Shown: positions 8,742 through 16,692 of the stretch, one piece after another
Numbering within the stretch: position 1 is the first letter of the stretch
Layout of the letters: each line of letters starts with the position of its first letter
Assembly: GCF_900289195.1 (NCBI RefSeq)
Contig: NZ_OMOH01000003.1
Coordinates: forward strand, 204,641 to 236,640
Reading direction: 5' to 3'
DNA: 32,000 nucleotides
From: Propionibacterium ruminifibrarum
GTDB lineage: Bacteria > Actinomycetota > Actinomycetes > Propionibacteriales > Propionibacteriaceae
Notes under the pieces: generated by a model
The model's input: the letters and a program-made list of their open reading frames with translations, nothing else
Told to the model about the DNA's origin: nothing
The model's database searches: none
Position numbers and translations under genes: made by a program

Positions 8742-8801
8742 CCCGAATCGCGGCGTGTGGATTCGGGGTGGCGTCTCCTGCGAGAGAGGACATCAAGGAC
8801 G

Positions 8802-10508
8802 ATGGACACCATCATCCATGCGAACTTCGTGGACTATCTGATCATCGCGATCTACTTCGCCGCCGTCCTGAGCATCGGACTGGCGGCCCGCCGGCAGGCA
8901 TCCGACACCATCGGGTTCTTCCTGTCCGGCCGGTCACTGCCGGCCTGGGTGACGGGCCTGGCCTTCGTCTCGGCCAACCTCGGTGCGGTCGAGATCATGG
9001 GCATGTCGGCCAACGGCGCGCAGATCGGCATCCCGACCGTCCACTACTTCTGGATCGGCGCAGTGCCGGCCATGCTTTTCCTGGGCGTCGTCATGATGCC
9101 CTTCTACTACGGCTCCAAGGTGCGGTCGGTGCCGGAGTTCATGCGCAAGCGATTCGGTACCGGCGCCCACCTGGTCAACGCTCTGTCGTTCGCGCTGGCT
9201 CAGCTGCTCATCGCCGGCATCAACCTGTACCTGCTCGGCTCCATCGTCCATGCCCTGCTCGGCTGGCCGCTGTGGGTCGCGCTCGTCGTCGCCGCCGTCA
9301 TCGTCTTCGCCTACATCAGCTTCGGCGGCCTGTCCGCGGCGATCTACAACGAGGTGCTGCAGTTCTTCGTCATCGTTGCCTCGCTGCTGCCACTGACACT
9401 CATCGGCCTGCACCGCGTCGGCGGCTGGGACGGCCTGAAGGCCAGGATCACCGAGTTCGCCGACACCGCCCCCGCCGGCGCCGAGGTGGCCACCGCCTCC
9501 CAGCAGCTGCACTCCTGGCCCGGCCAGGCGCTGTCCGGGTTCAACAGCCCGGTGCTGTCGGTCATCGGCATCGTCTTCGGTCTCGGCTTCGTGCTCTCCT
9601 TCGGCTACTGGACGACGAACTTCGTCGAGGTGCAGCGCGCCATGGCCTCCGAGTCGATCACCGCGGCCCGCAAGACCCCGATCGTCGGCGCCTTCCCGAA
9701 GATGTTCGTGCCGTTCATCACGATCCTGCCGGGCATGCTCGCCGCCGTCCTGGTGCCCGAGATCATGCAGGTGAAGTCGGGCATGGAGGTCGCCGGCGGT
9801 GCCTCGGGCGACGTGAAGTACAACGACTCGATCATCCTGCTCATGCGCGATCTGCTGCCCAACGGCCTGCTGGGCCTGGCCATCACCGGCCTGCTCGCGG
9901 CGTTCATGGCCGGGATGGCCGCTAACATCTCGGCGTTCAACACGGTCGTCTCGGTCGACCTGTGGCAGACCTACGTCGTCAAGGACCGCGATGACGCCTA
10001 CTACGTCAAGGTCGGCCGCGCGGCCACCCTGGGTGCGACCGTCATCGCCATCTTCACCGCCCTCATCGCAGGCCAGTTCTCGAACATCATGGACTACCTG
10101 CAGACGCTGTTCGGCTTCTTCAACGCGCCCCTGTTCGCCACCTTCATCCTCGGCATGTTCTGGAAGCGCATGAGCCCTGCCGCAGGCTGGAGCGGCCTGC
10201 TGGCCGGCACGTTCTCGGCGGTCGTCGTCTGGCTGCTCAGCCTGGTCGACATCGTGACCCTGCCCGGCCAGGGCACGGCGTTCGTGGCGGCCTCCACCGG
10301 CTTCGTCGTGGACATCCTGGTGAGCATCGTCGTCTCGCTGTGCACCAAGCCGAAGCCGTCCTCCGAGCTCGTCGGCTTCGTCTACTCCGAGACGCCCAAG
10401 TCCCATTTCCGTGACCCGGACGAGGCGAAGCTGCCGCTGCTGAAGCGGCCCGTCCCGCTGGCGCTCATCGCCCTGGTCCTGGTCATCATTCTCAACATCG
10501 CCTTCTGA
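8802..10508 (+). CDS. Sodium:solute symporter (SSS family, SGLT/vSGLT-like sugar transporter)
   Basis: The start is chosen at ATG 8802 (MDTIIHANFVDYLIIAIYF...), preceded by AAGGAC. GFFLSGRSLPAWVTGLAFVSANLGAVEIMGMSANGAQIGI resembles the SGLT N-terminal signature. The protein has many TM segments and is divergent from the galK operon. Confidence 0.85.
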   Translation: MDTIIHANFVDYLIIAIYFAAVLSIGLAARRQASDTIGFFLSGRSLPAWVTGLAFVSANLGAVEIMGMSANGAQIGIPTVHYFWIGAVPAMLFLGVVMMPFYYGSKVRSVPEFMRKRFGTGAHLVNALSFALAQLLIAGINLYLLGSIVHALLGWPLWVALVVAAVIVFAYISFGGLSAAIYNEVLQFFVIVASLLPLTLIGLHRVGGWDGLKARITEFADTAPAGAEVATASQQLHSWPGQALSGFNSPVLSVIGIVFGLGFVLSFGYWTTNFVEVQRAMASESITAARKTPIVGAFPKMFVPFITILPGMLAAVLVPEIMQVKSGMEVAGGASGDVKYNDSIILLMRDLLPNGLLGLAITGLLAAFMAGMAANISAFNTVVSVDLWQTYVVKDRDDAYYVKVGRAATLGATVIAIFTALIAGQFSNIMDYLQTLFGFFNAPLFATFILGMFWKRMSPAAGWSGLLAGTFSAVVVWLLSLVDIVTLPGQGTAFVAASTGFVVDILVSIVVSLCTKPKPSSELVGFVYSETPKSHFRDPDEAKLPLLKRPVPLALIALVLVIILNIAF

Positions 10509-10521
10509 GGAGGAGTCGGAC

Positions 10522-10794
10522 ATGAGTGAATCCACCCAGACACGCCGCCACACCGCAGGCCTGTTCGACATTCGCAACGTCATCGGCATCCTGCTGGGCC
10601 TCTACGGGATCATCCTCACCCTGATGGGTCTCTTCGCCGACAAGGCGCTCGACAAGACCGGCGGTGTCAACGCCAACCTGATCGGCGGCATCGCCCTGAT
10701 CGTCGTCGGTCTGGTCTTCCTGGCCTGGGCCGGGTTGCGGCCCACCTACGTGCCCGAGCCCGCCGATGAGGCGGCGGGTCAGCAGGCCGCCTGA
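10522..10794 (+). CDS. Small two-TM membrane protein of unknown function, coupled to the symporter
   Basis: The ATG lies 13 nt after the symporter stop and is preceded by GAGGAGGAG. Third codon positions are strongly G/C, consistent with real coding. Two hydrophobic helices are visible (VIGILLGLYGIILTLMGLF and LIGGIALIVVGLVFLAWAG). Confidence 0.65.
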   Translation: MSESTQTRRHTAGLFDIRNVIGILLGLYGIILTLMGLFADKALDKTGGVNANLIGGIALIVVGLVFLAWAGLRPTYVPEPADEAAGQQAA

Positions 10795-10814
10795 CGCCAC
10801 TACCGAGCCCATTG

Positions 10815-10849
10815 GCAGGGGCGCCGTCCGCTAAGGGCGGCGCCCCTGC
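10815..10849 (+). terminator. Hairpin, probable intrinsic terminator of the symporter operon
   Basis: A perfect 12-bp GC-rich stem GCAGGGGCGCCG / CGGCGCCCCTGC with an 11-nt loop, 20 nt after the stop. There is no clear T-tract. Confidence 0.55.
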
Positions 10850-10980
10850 TCCTGTCTCCGGCCGGATCGTTCCGGGGCGACCGGGGTGCCGTGCCTCGCG
10901 GGGCCGCCCGTGGTGATGAGGCGGTCCTCGCAGAAATCGCTCTCTGTCAATAGACCTGCCAGTAGACACCGCGGAAGCAA

Positions 10981-10998
10981 TGTACAATTTTATGTACA
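10981..10998. promoter_or_regulatory. yefM-yoeB operator/promoter: two TGTACA hexamers 12 bp apart
   Basis: The sequence is TGTACAATTTTATGTACA, immediately upstream of the RBS AGGAGG and the yefM ATG. A -10-like TACAAT (10983-10988) lies inside the first hexamer. Confidence 0.65.
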
Positions 10999-11008
10999 GG
11001 AGGTCGTG

Positions 11009-11266
11009 ATGAAGACAATCAGCTACACCGAGTCACGCGCACGCTATGCCGAGGTGCTCGATGCGGTCACTGATGACCGTGAGGAGGTCATCATCACCCG
11101 AGCCGGCCATGACCCGGTTGTCATGATCTCGCTGGAGGATTACGAGTCATTACGCGAGACGGCCTACTTGATGCGCTCCCCGGAGAACTCGAGGCGACTG
11201 CTCGACGCGGTGGAGCGTCTCGAGTCCGGTGGCGGACGTCACCATGAACTTCTCCCCGAGGACTGA
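11009..11266 (+). CDS. yefM: Type II antitoxin, Phd/YefM family
   Basis: MKTISYTESRARYAEVLDAVTDDREEVIITRAGHDPVVMISLEDYESLRETAYLMRSPENSRRLLDAVERLESG is a classic YefM sequence. An AGGAGG RBS precedes the start. The upstream part of ORF 10886..11266 is treated as non-coding. Confidence 0.9.
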   Translation: MKTISYTESRARYAEVLDAVTDDREEVIITRAGHDPVVMISLEDYESLRETAYLMRSPENSRRLLDAVERLESGGGRHHELLPED

Positions 11267-11268
11267 CT

Positions 11269-11529
11269 GTGCTCCTCGTCTGGGACGAGAACGCCTGGGC
11301 CGACTACCTGTGGTGGCAGACCCAGGACCGTACGGTGCTCAGACGCATCAACCGCCTGATCGGTGACATCGAACGCAACGGCAACGAGGGCATCGGCAAG
11401 CCCGAGGCACTGCGGTACGGTCTCTCGGGCTACTGGTCGCGCCGGATCACCGATGAGCACCGACTCGTCTACAAGATCGATGGCGAACGCATTCTCATTG
11501 CGGCCTGCCGTTACCACTATGGGCGCTAG
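11269..11529 (+). CDS. yoeB: Type II toxin, YoeB/Txe family mRNA interferase
   Basis: The GTG start lies 2 nt after the yefM stop. (M)LLVWDENAWADYLWWQTQDRTVLRRINRLIGDIERNGNEGIGKPEALRYGLSGYWSRRITDEHRLVYKIDGERILIAACRYHYGR matches the YoeB pattern, including the C-terminal RYHY. Confidence 0.9.
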   Translation: MLLVWDENAWADYLWWQTQDRTVLRRINRLIGDIERNGNEGIGKPEALRYGLSGYWSRRITDEHRLVYKIDGERILIAACRYHYGR

Positions 11530-11569
11530 CCCGGCTCCGGCCGAGCGTCGGGTCTGCGAGAATCGTGGC

Positions 11570-12136
11570 ATGACCGCCCCTGATGCGTCCGATGCGCGCT
11601 CCGTCCCCGAACTCGTCGCCGCCCTGGGCGACGGGGCCCGCCCCGAGTGGTTGTTCTTCTGGGGCCACCATCCCCGCAGCCCGGGCGAACCCGACAAGGC
11701 CTGCCTGAGCCAGTGGTGGCCGGCCGTCTTCGAGGCCGACGGCGAACGGTTCGCCAGCGCTGAGCACTACATGATGTGGTCGAAGGCCCGCCTTTTCGGC
11801 GATGACCGAAGCGCCAGGGCCATCCTCGCCGCGGACTCGCCGGCGCGCGCCAAGAAACTCGGCCGCCGGGTCACCGGCTTCGACGAGGAACGCTGGCGCC
11901 GGGCCCGGTGGGACGTCGTCGTGACTGGTTCGTGCGCGAAGTTCTCCGCCGACCCCCGGTTGTGCCGGTACCTGCTCGGCACCGGCCGGGCGGTGCTCGT
12001 CGAGGCCTCACCGGTCGATCGCGTCTGGGGCATCGGGCTGGCCGCCGACTCCGGATCGGCGCGCGAACCCGCCCAGTGGCCCGGCCTCAACCTGCTGGGC
12101 TTCGCCCTCATGGAGGCCCGGGCCCGGCTCGTCTGA
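11570..12136 (+). CDS. NADAR (DUF1768, YbiA-like) domain protein
   Basis: The start is chosen at ATG 11570 (MTAPDASDARSVPELV...). FFWGHH...LSQWWPAVFEADGERFASAEHYMMWSKARLFGD...DRVWGIGL fits the NADAR/YbiA family pattern. The upstream part of ORF 11363..12136 overlaps yoeB. Confidence 0.75.
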   Translation: MTAPDASDARSVPELVAALGDGARPEWLFFWGHHPRSPGEPDKACLSQWWPAVFEADGERFASAEHYMMWSKARLFGDDRSARAILAADSPARAKKLGRRVTGFDEERWRRARWDVVVTGSCAKFSADPRLCRYLLGTGRAVLVEASPVDRVWGIGLAADSGSAREPAQWPGLNLLGFALMEARARLV

Positions 12137-12164
12137 TGGCGGACACGGGTTGGTTCCGTGAAGA

Positions 12165-12779
12165 ATGAGGGTCATGGACCTGACAACCTTCCTCGACCTC
12201 ATGGAACGGCGCGAGCCGATCAGCGCGGGCTCCCCGGCGCACCTGTTCATGCACGAGCAGTCACAGCGAGCCTTGCGGATCACCGCCGAGCTCAACGGCA
12301 GCTACCATCCCGCCGACCGGGTCAGGGTCCTCATGTCGCAGCTCATCGGCCGCGAGGTCCCCGACTCGTTCGGCCTGTTCCCGCCCTTCCACAGCGAGTT
12401 CGGCCAGAACATCCACCTCGGCGACAACGTCTTCATCAACTCGGGCTGCACCGTCCAGGACACCGGGGGCGTCTGGATCGGCGCCGGCTCACTCATCGGC
12501 CACGGCTGCACCCTCACCACGCTCAACCACAGCGAGGATCCCGCCCGCCGGGGCGACATGGTCCCCGCCCCGGTCCGCATCGGCGAGAACGTCTGGCTGG
12601 GGGCGCGCGTCACCGTCGTGCCGGGTGTCACGATCGGGGACGGCGCGATCATCGGTGCCGGCTCGATCGTCACCAAGGACGTCCCGCCCCGCACCATCGC
12701 CGTCGGGACCCCCGCCAGGGTGCTGCGCGAGGTCCGCGCCGGGGACGATCCCCATGACCCTGCGGTTGTCGTGGAATGA
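12165..12779 (+). CDS. Sugar O-acetyltransferase (maltose/galactoside acetyltransferase-like, left-handed beta-helix)
   Basis: An N-terminal Maa-type domain is followed by hexapeptide repeats: IGENVWLGARVTVVPGVTIGDGAIIGAGSIVTKDVPPRTIAVGTPARVLREV. An alternative start exists at ATG 12174. Confidence 0.8.
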   Translation: MRVMDLTTFLDLMERREPISAGSPAHLFMHEQSQRALRITAELNGSYHPADRVRVLMSQLIGREVPDSFGLFPPFHSEFGQNIHLGDNVFINSGCTVQDTGGVWIGAGSLIGHGCTLTTLNHSEDPARRGDMVPAPVRIGENVWLGARVTVVPGVTIGDGAIIGAGSIVTKDVPPRTIAVGTPARVLREVRAGDDPHDPAVVVE

Positions 12780-12872
12780 CGCACGAGAACCGCAGGATGA
12801 CGTAGCTGCCGCTGCCACGTGCGACGATGGCGGCATCCCCAGTACGTACAGACCCGCCCCGAGGAGACAACC

Positions 12873-13361
12873 ATGGCCACACCCGAGTACGTCCTGAGGC
12901 TGCGCGAGCAGATCGGGCACGACCTGCTCGTCCTGCCCGGAGTCTGCGTCGTCATCGTCCGCGAGGGCCCGCAGGGCCGGGAGGTGTTGCTGGTGCGCCG
13001 TGCCGACAACGGCCAGTGGACGCCGGTGACCGGTATCGCCGATCCCGGCGAGGACGCCGACACCGCGGCCATCCGCGAGGCCGGGGAGGAGACCGGGGTA
13101 CGGATCGAGATCGACCGCGTCACCTGGATCGAGACCCTCGAGCCCCAGACCTACGACAACGGCGACCAGTGCCAGTTCTTCGACACCTGCATGCTCGCCC
13201 ACCCGGTCGGCGGCGAGGCGCACGTCGGCGACGAGGAGTCCACCGAGGTGCGCTGGTTCCCCGCCACGGCGCTGCCTGCGATGAAGGCCCGCTTCGAACG
13301 CAAGGTGGCTCACGCCCTGTCCGGCGACACGCGCGTGAGGATCGGCGCCGACGGACGGTGA
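12873..13361 (+). CDS. NUDIX hydrolase
   Basis: The start is ATG 12873, after GAGGAG. The Nudix box is GIADPGEDADTAAIREAGEETGV (Gx5Ex7REUxEExGU pattern). Confidence 0.85.
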   Translation: MATPEYVLRLREQIGHDLLVLPGVCVVIVREGPQGREVLLVRRADNGQWTPVTGIADPGEDADTAAIREAGEETGVRIEIDRVTWIETLEPQTYDNGDQCQFFDTCMLAHPVGGEAHVGDEESTEVRWFPATALPAMKARFERKVAHALSGDTRVRIGADGR

Positions 13362-13499
13362 CCCCGGCCCGGGCGGGCGTGCGGCATCCGCCCACCGACC
13401 CCCGGCACACGACGGGTCGGTCCCGGCCCGGCGGCGTCTGTGTGCTGGAACCGCGGCCCGGCGGCACCGGGCCGGAGTAGATTTCCGCTCGTTGCGCGT

Positions 13500-13528
13500 G
13501 CGCCCCGCGGCCCCTGGCCGTGGGGCGC
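13500..13528 (+). other. Strong GC hairpin in the NUDIX-permease intergenic region (terminator or leader structure)
   Basis: GCGCCCCGCGGCC-CCT-GGCCGTGGGGCGC forms a 13-bp stem with one G-T wobble. It lies 139 nt after the NUDIX stop and 25 nt before the permease ATG. No T-tract follows. Confidence 0.4.
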
Positions 13529-13552
13529 CGTATTCACGTGAAAGGGGCTCGT

Positions 13553-15022
13553 ATGGCCACCGGGAACGCCTCGGTCGAGAACAGCGGTGAGCATCTGCAG
13601 CGCAGTCTGTCCAACCGCCACATTCAGCTGATCGCGATCGGCGGTGCCATCGGCACCGGGCTGTTCATGGGGTCGGGCAAGACGATCAGCGTCGCAGGGC
13701 CCAGCATCATCCTCGTGTACGCGCTCATCGGGGTCATGCTGTTCTTCGTCATGCGCGCCATGGGCGAGCTGCTGCTCCACGACCTGCGGTACAAGTCCTT
13801 CCAGGACTTCGCGGCCGACCTGCTCGGCCCGTGGGCGGGCTTCTTCGCGGGATGGACCTACTGGCTGTGCTGGGTGGTGACGGGCATGGCCGACATCGTG
13901 GCCGTGTCGAACTACTGGCAGTTCTGGGTGCCGTCCAAGAACTGGTCCCTCGTCCTGGCCGTCGGGACCCTCGTCGGCCTGTTCCTGCTGAACCTGCTCA
14001 CCGTGAGGCTCTTCGGGGAACTGGAGTTCTGGTTCGCGATCATCAAGGTGATCGCCATCATCGTGCTCATCGTGCTGGGTCTCGTCCTGCTCGTCGTGCG
14101 CTTCACCGAGCCCAGCGGCGCCCAGGCCAGCCTCTCGAACCTGTGGACCCACGGCGGTTTCTTCCCGACCGGCCCCAGCGGCTTCCTCGCCGGATTCCAG
14201 ATCGCCGTGTTCGCCTACGTCGGCATCGAGCTGGTCGGCACGACCGCCGCCGAGACGCGCGACCCGGTCAGGACCCTGCCGAAGGCCATCAACGCCGTGC
14301 CGGTGCGGGTCCTCGTCTTCTACGTGGCCGCCCTGACCGCCATCATGTGCGTCACCCCTTGGGACAGCCTCGACCCGGGCCAGTCCCCGTTCGTGACGAT
14401 GTTCAACCTGGTGGGCTTCGGTGCGGCCGCCGTCGTGATGAACTTCGTGGTGATCACCGCGGCGGCCTCCGGGGCGAACTCCGGCCTCTACTCGACCTCC
14501 CGCATGCTCTACGGCCTCGCCCACAAGGGCATGGCCGCCCGCAGCTTCGGTCATCTCACCCGCAATGGTGTGCCCGCCTGGGGGCTGTTCGTCACCGTCG
14601 TCCTCGTCGGGTCCTCGCTGCTGCTCACCCTGTCGCAGTCGATCATGGCGGCCTTCACCCTCGTCACGACCGTCTCGGCCGTGCTCTTCATCTTCATCTG
14701 GGGACTGATCCTGGTGAGTTACCTGGTGTACCGGCACAAGGCGCCGGACGCCCACGCCTCCTCGGCGTACAAGATGCCGCTCGGCCGCTTCACCTGCTGG
14801 CTCGTGCTGGTCTTCTTCGCCTTCACGGTCTACGTGCTGACCCGCCAGCACGACACCCTGGTGGCGCTGGCCGTCACGCCGGTCTGGTTCATCGGCCTGG
14901 GGGTCGCCTGGTTCTTCGTGCGCAGGCATGCCCGCCACGACGACACGTTGGGAACGGCCGGCGCTGCCCGGCAGCCCCCCGTGCCCGCCCGCGACGTGGA
15001 GGTCGCGGGGCTGGGCGGGTGA
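13553..15022 (+). CDS. Amino acid permease (APC superfamily, AAT family)
   Basis: LQRSLSNRHIQLIAIGGAIGTGLFMGSGKTISVAGPSIILVYALIGVMLFFVMRAMGELLL is the canonical amino-acid permease N-terminal signature. About 12 TM segments are visible. The start is chosen at ATG 13553, after AAAGGGG. Confidence 0.85.
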   Translation: MATGNASVENSGEHLQRSLSNRHIQLIAIGGAIGTGLFMGSGKTISVAGPSIILVYALIGVMLFFVMRAMGELLLHDLRYKSFQDFAADLLGPWAGFFAGWTYWLCWVVTGMADIVAVSNYWQFWVPSKNWSLVLAVGTLVGLFLLNLLTVRLFGELEFWFAIIKVIAIIVLIVLGLVLLVVRFTEPSGAQASLSNLWTHGGFFPTGPSGFLAGFQIAVFAYVGIELVGTTAAETRDPVRTLPKAINAVPVRVLVFYVAALTAIMCVTPWDSLDPGQSPFVTMFNLVGFGAAAVVMNFVVITAAASGANSGLYSTSRMLYGLAHKGMAARSFGHLTRNGVPAWGLFVTVVLVGSSLLLTLSQSIMAAFTLVTTVSAVLFIFIWGLILVSYLVYRHKAPDAHASSAYKMPLGRFTCWLVLVFFAFTVYVLTRQHDTLVALAVTPVWFIGLGVAWFFVRRHARHDDTLGTAGAARQPPVPARDVEVAGLGG

Positions 15023-15170
15023 GCCGGTGCCGACCGTGATGCCCATGGCCCGACCGGTTGGGCCACCGGATGCGTGCTTCCTCACCCCGACGGCTCTGCC
15101 GGGAGCGGCTCTCGGTAGAGTCACCGCTGACAAAGCGCCTTAAGTTCATCGTGGAGCCCAGGAGGGCATA

Positions 15171-16532
15171 GTGCTTGATTGTGTAGTGGTCGGCGCTGGT
15201 TTCGCCGGCCTGACAGCGGCGAAGGAACTCATCGAACGGGGCTATGACGTCGCACTCGTCGAGGCACGTGACCGCGTCGGCGGCCGGGTCATGTCCGCCA
15301 CGCTGTCCGGTGGCGAGGTCATCGACCTCGGCGGCCAGTGGATCGCCCCCAGCCATGACCGGATGCTCGAACTCGTCAAGGATGCCGGTCTCGAACTCAT
15401 CCCGGCCAACCCGGGGATGCTCACCCTCGTCCAGCACGGTGAGATCCGCAATGTCGCCCAGTCCGACAGCGACGACGACGCCCGCACCCCGTTCGCGGTG
15501 GCCGACCTCGGCCAGGGCCTCATGCGCCTGCGCCGCCTGGCCGATCGTGCCGGTCAGGACGACGTGTGGGCCGAGGCGAATGCCGCCTGGCTCGACCAGT
15601 CGATCGACCGCTGGATCGTCTCGAACCTTCGCACTCCCACCGGGCGGCGTGACATCCGCGCCGCCATGAAGGCAGTCTTCGAGAGCGCGCTCGACAAGAT
15701 CTCGCTGCGCCAGGCGCTCGACAAGGTGCGCGAGGGCATCGACATGGAGAACCTCATCGCCGCCAACGGGGACATCGGTCAGGCCAGGGTCAGGGGAGGC
15801 CTGGCGCAACTGCCCGAGCGGATGGCCGCCGAGATCGGCGACCGGCTCAGGTACCGCTTCGTCGTCGACAGCATCGAGCAGGACGACGACCACGTGATCG
15901 TCCGCCCGACCCTCGGCGAGCCGCTCGAGGCTCGTACCGTCATCCTCGCGCTGCCTCCGTGGCTGGCCATCCGGCTCCGCGCCACCCCGCCGCTGGCCGG
16001 CTGGCGCGAGGACGCGGTGCGCAAGGTCGGCGCCGGCAATGTCATCAAGTGCTATCTCGTCTACGACAGGCCCTGGTGGCGGGACAAGGGCCTGTCCGGT
16101 CAGATGAGTGCCGACGAGGGGGCCGTGCGCGTCACCTTCGACTGCACCGACAGCCCCGAAGGACGAGGGGTGCTCATGGGTTTCTTCGAGGGCGCCGAGG
16201 CCTCGATGCTCGCCAAGTTCTCCAAGTCGATGCGCGAGCGCGTCTTCAAGGACACCCTGGTCGACGTCTTCGGTCCGCGGGCCGCTCACCCGCTCGAGTA
16301 CACGGACATCGACTGGGCGGCCGAGGAGTTCACCCGGGGCAGCCACGGCGCGCACTTCGCGCCGGGCGTGTGGAGCGTCACCGGCGCAGAGCTCGGCGTG
16401 CCCTGCGGACGCATCTACTTCGCCGGCGCCGAGTACGCGAACAAGTTCAACGGCTACATGGAGGGGGCCGTCCGCTCCGCCCACGAGACCGTGCAGTCGG
16501 TCATCCTGAGGGTCAACGAGACGGCCGCCTGA
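15171..16532 (+). CDS. Flavin-containing amine oxidase (putrescine-oxidase / monoamine-oxidase-like)
   Basis: The GTG start follows GGAGGG. DCVVVGAGFAGLTAAKELIERGYDVALVEARDRVGGRV is the FAD dinucleotide-binding motif. The C-terminal IYFAGAEYANKFNGYMEGAVRSA is typical of the flavin amine oxidase family. Confidence 0.85.
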   Translation: MLDCVVVGAGFAGLTAAKELIERGYDVALVEARDRVGGRVMSATLSGGEVIDLGGQWIAPSHDRMLELVKDAGLELIPANPGMLTLVQHGEIRNVAQSDSDDDARTPFAVADLGQGLMRLRRLADRAGQDDVWAEANAAWLDQSIDRWIVSNLRTPTGRRDIRAAMKAVFESALDKISLRQALDKVREGIDMENLIAANGDIGQARVRGGLAQLPERMAAEIGDRLRYRFVVDSIEQDDDHVIVRPTLGEPLEARTVILALPPWLAIRLRATPPLAGWREDAVRKVGAGNVIKCYLVYDRPWWRDKGLSGQMSADEGAVRVTFDCTDSPEGRGVLMGFFEGAEASMLAKFSKSMRERVFKDTLVDVFGPRAAHPLEYTDIDWAAEEFTRGSHGAHFAPGVWSVTGAELGVPCGRIYFAGAEYANKFNGYMEGAVRSAHETVQSVILRVNETAA

Positions 16533-16546
16533 ACCCGGTCCCGACT

Positions 16547-16573
16547 GAGGGCCCCGCCAACGGCGGGGCCCTC
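16547..16573 (+). terminator. Hairpin, probable terminator after the amine oxidase
   Basis: GAGGGCCCCGCC-AAC-GGCGGGGCCCTC is a perfect 12-bp inverted repeat starting 15 nt after the stop. No T-tract follows. Confidence 0.55.
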
Positions 16574-16628
16574 GCTCATGTCCGCAGCATCTGCAGAACG
16601 AGGCGCGCCAATGTCCCCAAGCCTCTAG

Positions 16629-16650
16629 TAATCGATTAGGTAATCGATTA
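16629..16650. promoter_or_regulatory. Tandem perfect palindromes TAATCGATTA-GG-TAATCGATTA (candidate LacI-type operators)
   Basis: Two identical 10-bp perfect palindromes with a central CG, 12 bp apart and 43-64 bp upstream of the oxidoreductase GTG (16693). This is the only AT-rich patch in that intergenic region. Confidence 0.55.
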
Positions 16651-16692
16651 TCTTGATCGTGTCACCAGGTCACGTCATTCAAGGAGGAACAA

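Noticed and set aside
8934-10589. 551-aa ORF on the minus strand
   Set aside because: It is antisense to the SSS symporter. The composition is dominated by D/E/R/G/Q, with no membrane or enzyme motifs.
15047-15064. Short inverted repeat GGCCCGAC-CG-GTTGGGCC after the permease stop, a possible terminator
   Set aside because: It has only a 2-nt loop and one wobble pair, so it is too weak to call. The permease and oxidase may be co-transcribed.
13310-15133. 607-aa ORF on the minus strand
   Set aside because: It is antisense to the amino-acid permease, whose signature motifs are unambiguous. This is shadow-ORF composition.
14889-16484. 531-aa ORF on the minus strand
   Set aside because: It is antisense to the flavin amine oxidase, which carries a clear FAD-binding GxGxxG motif. 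No motifs are present in the antisense product.
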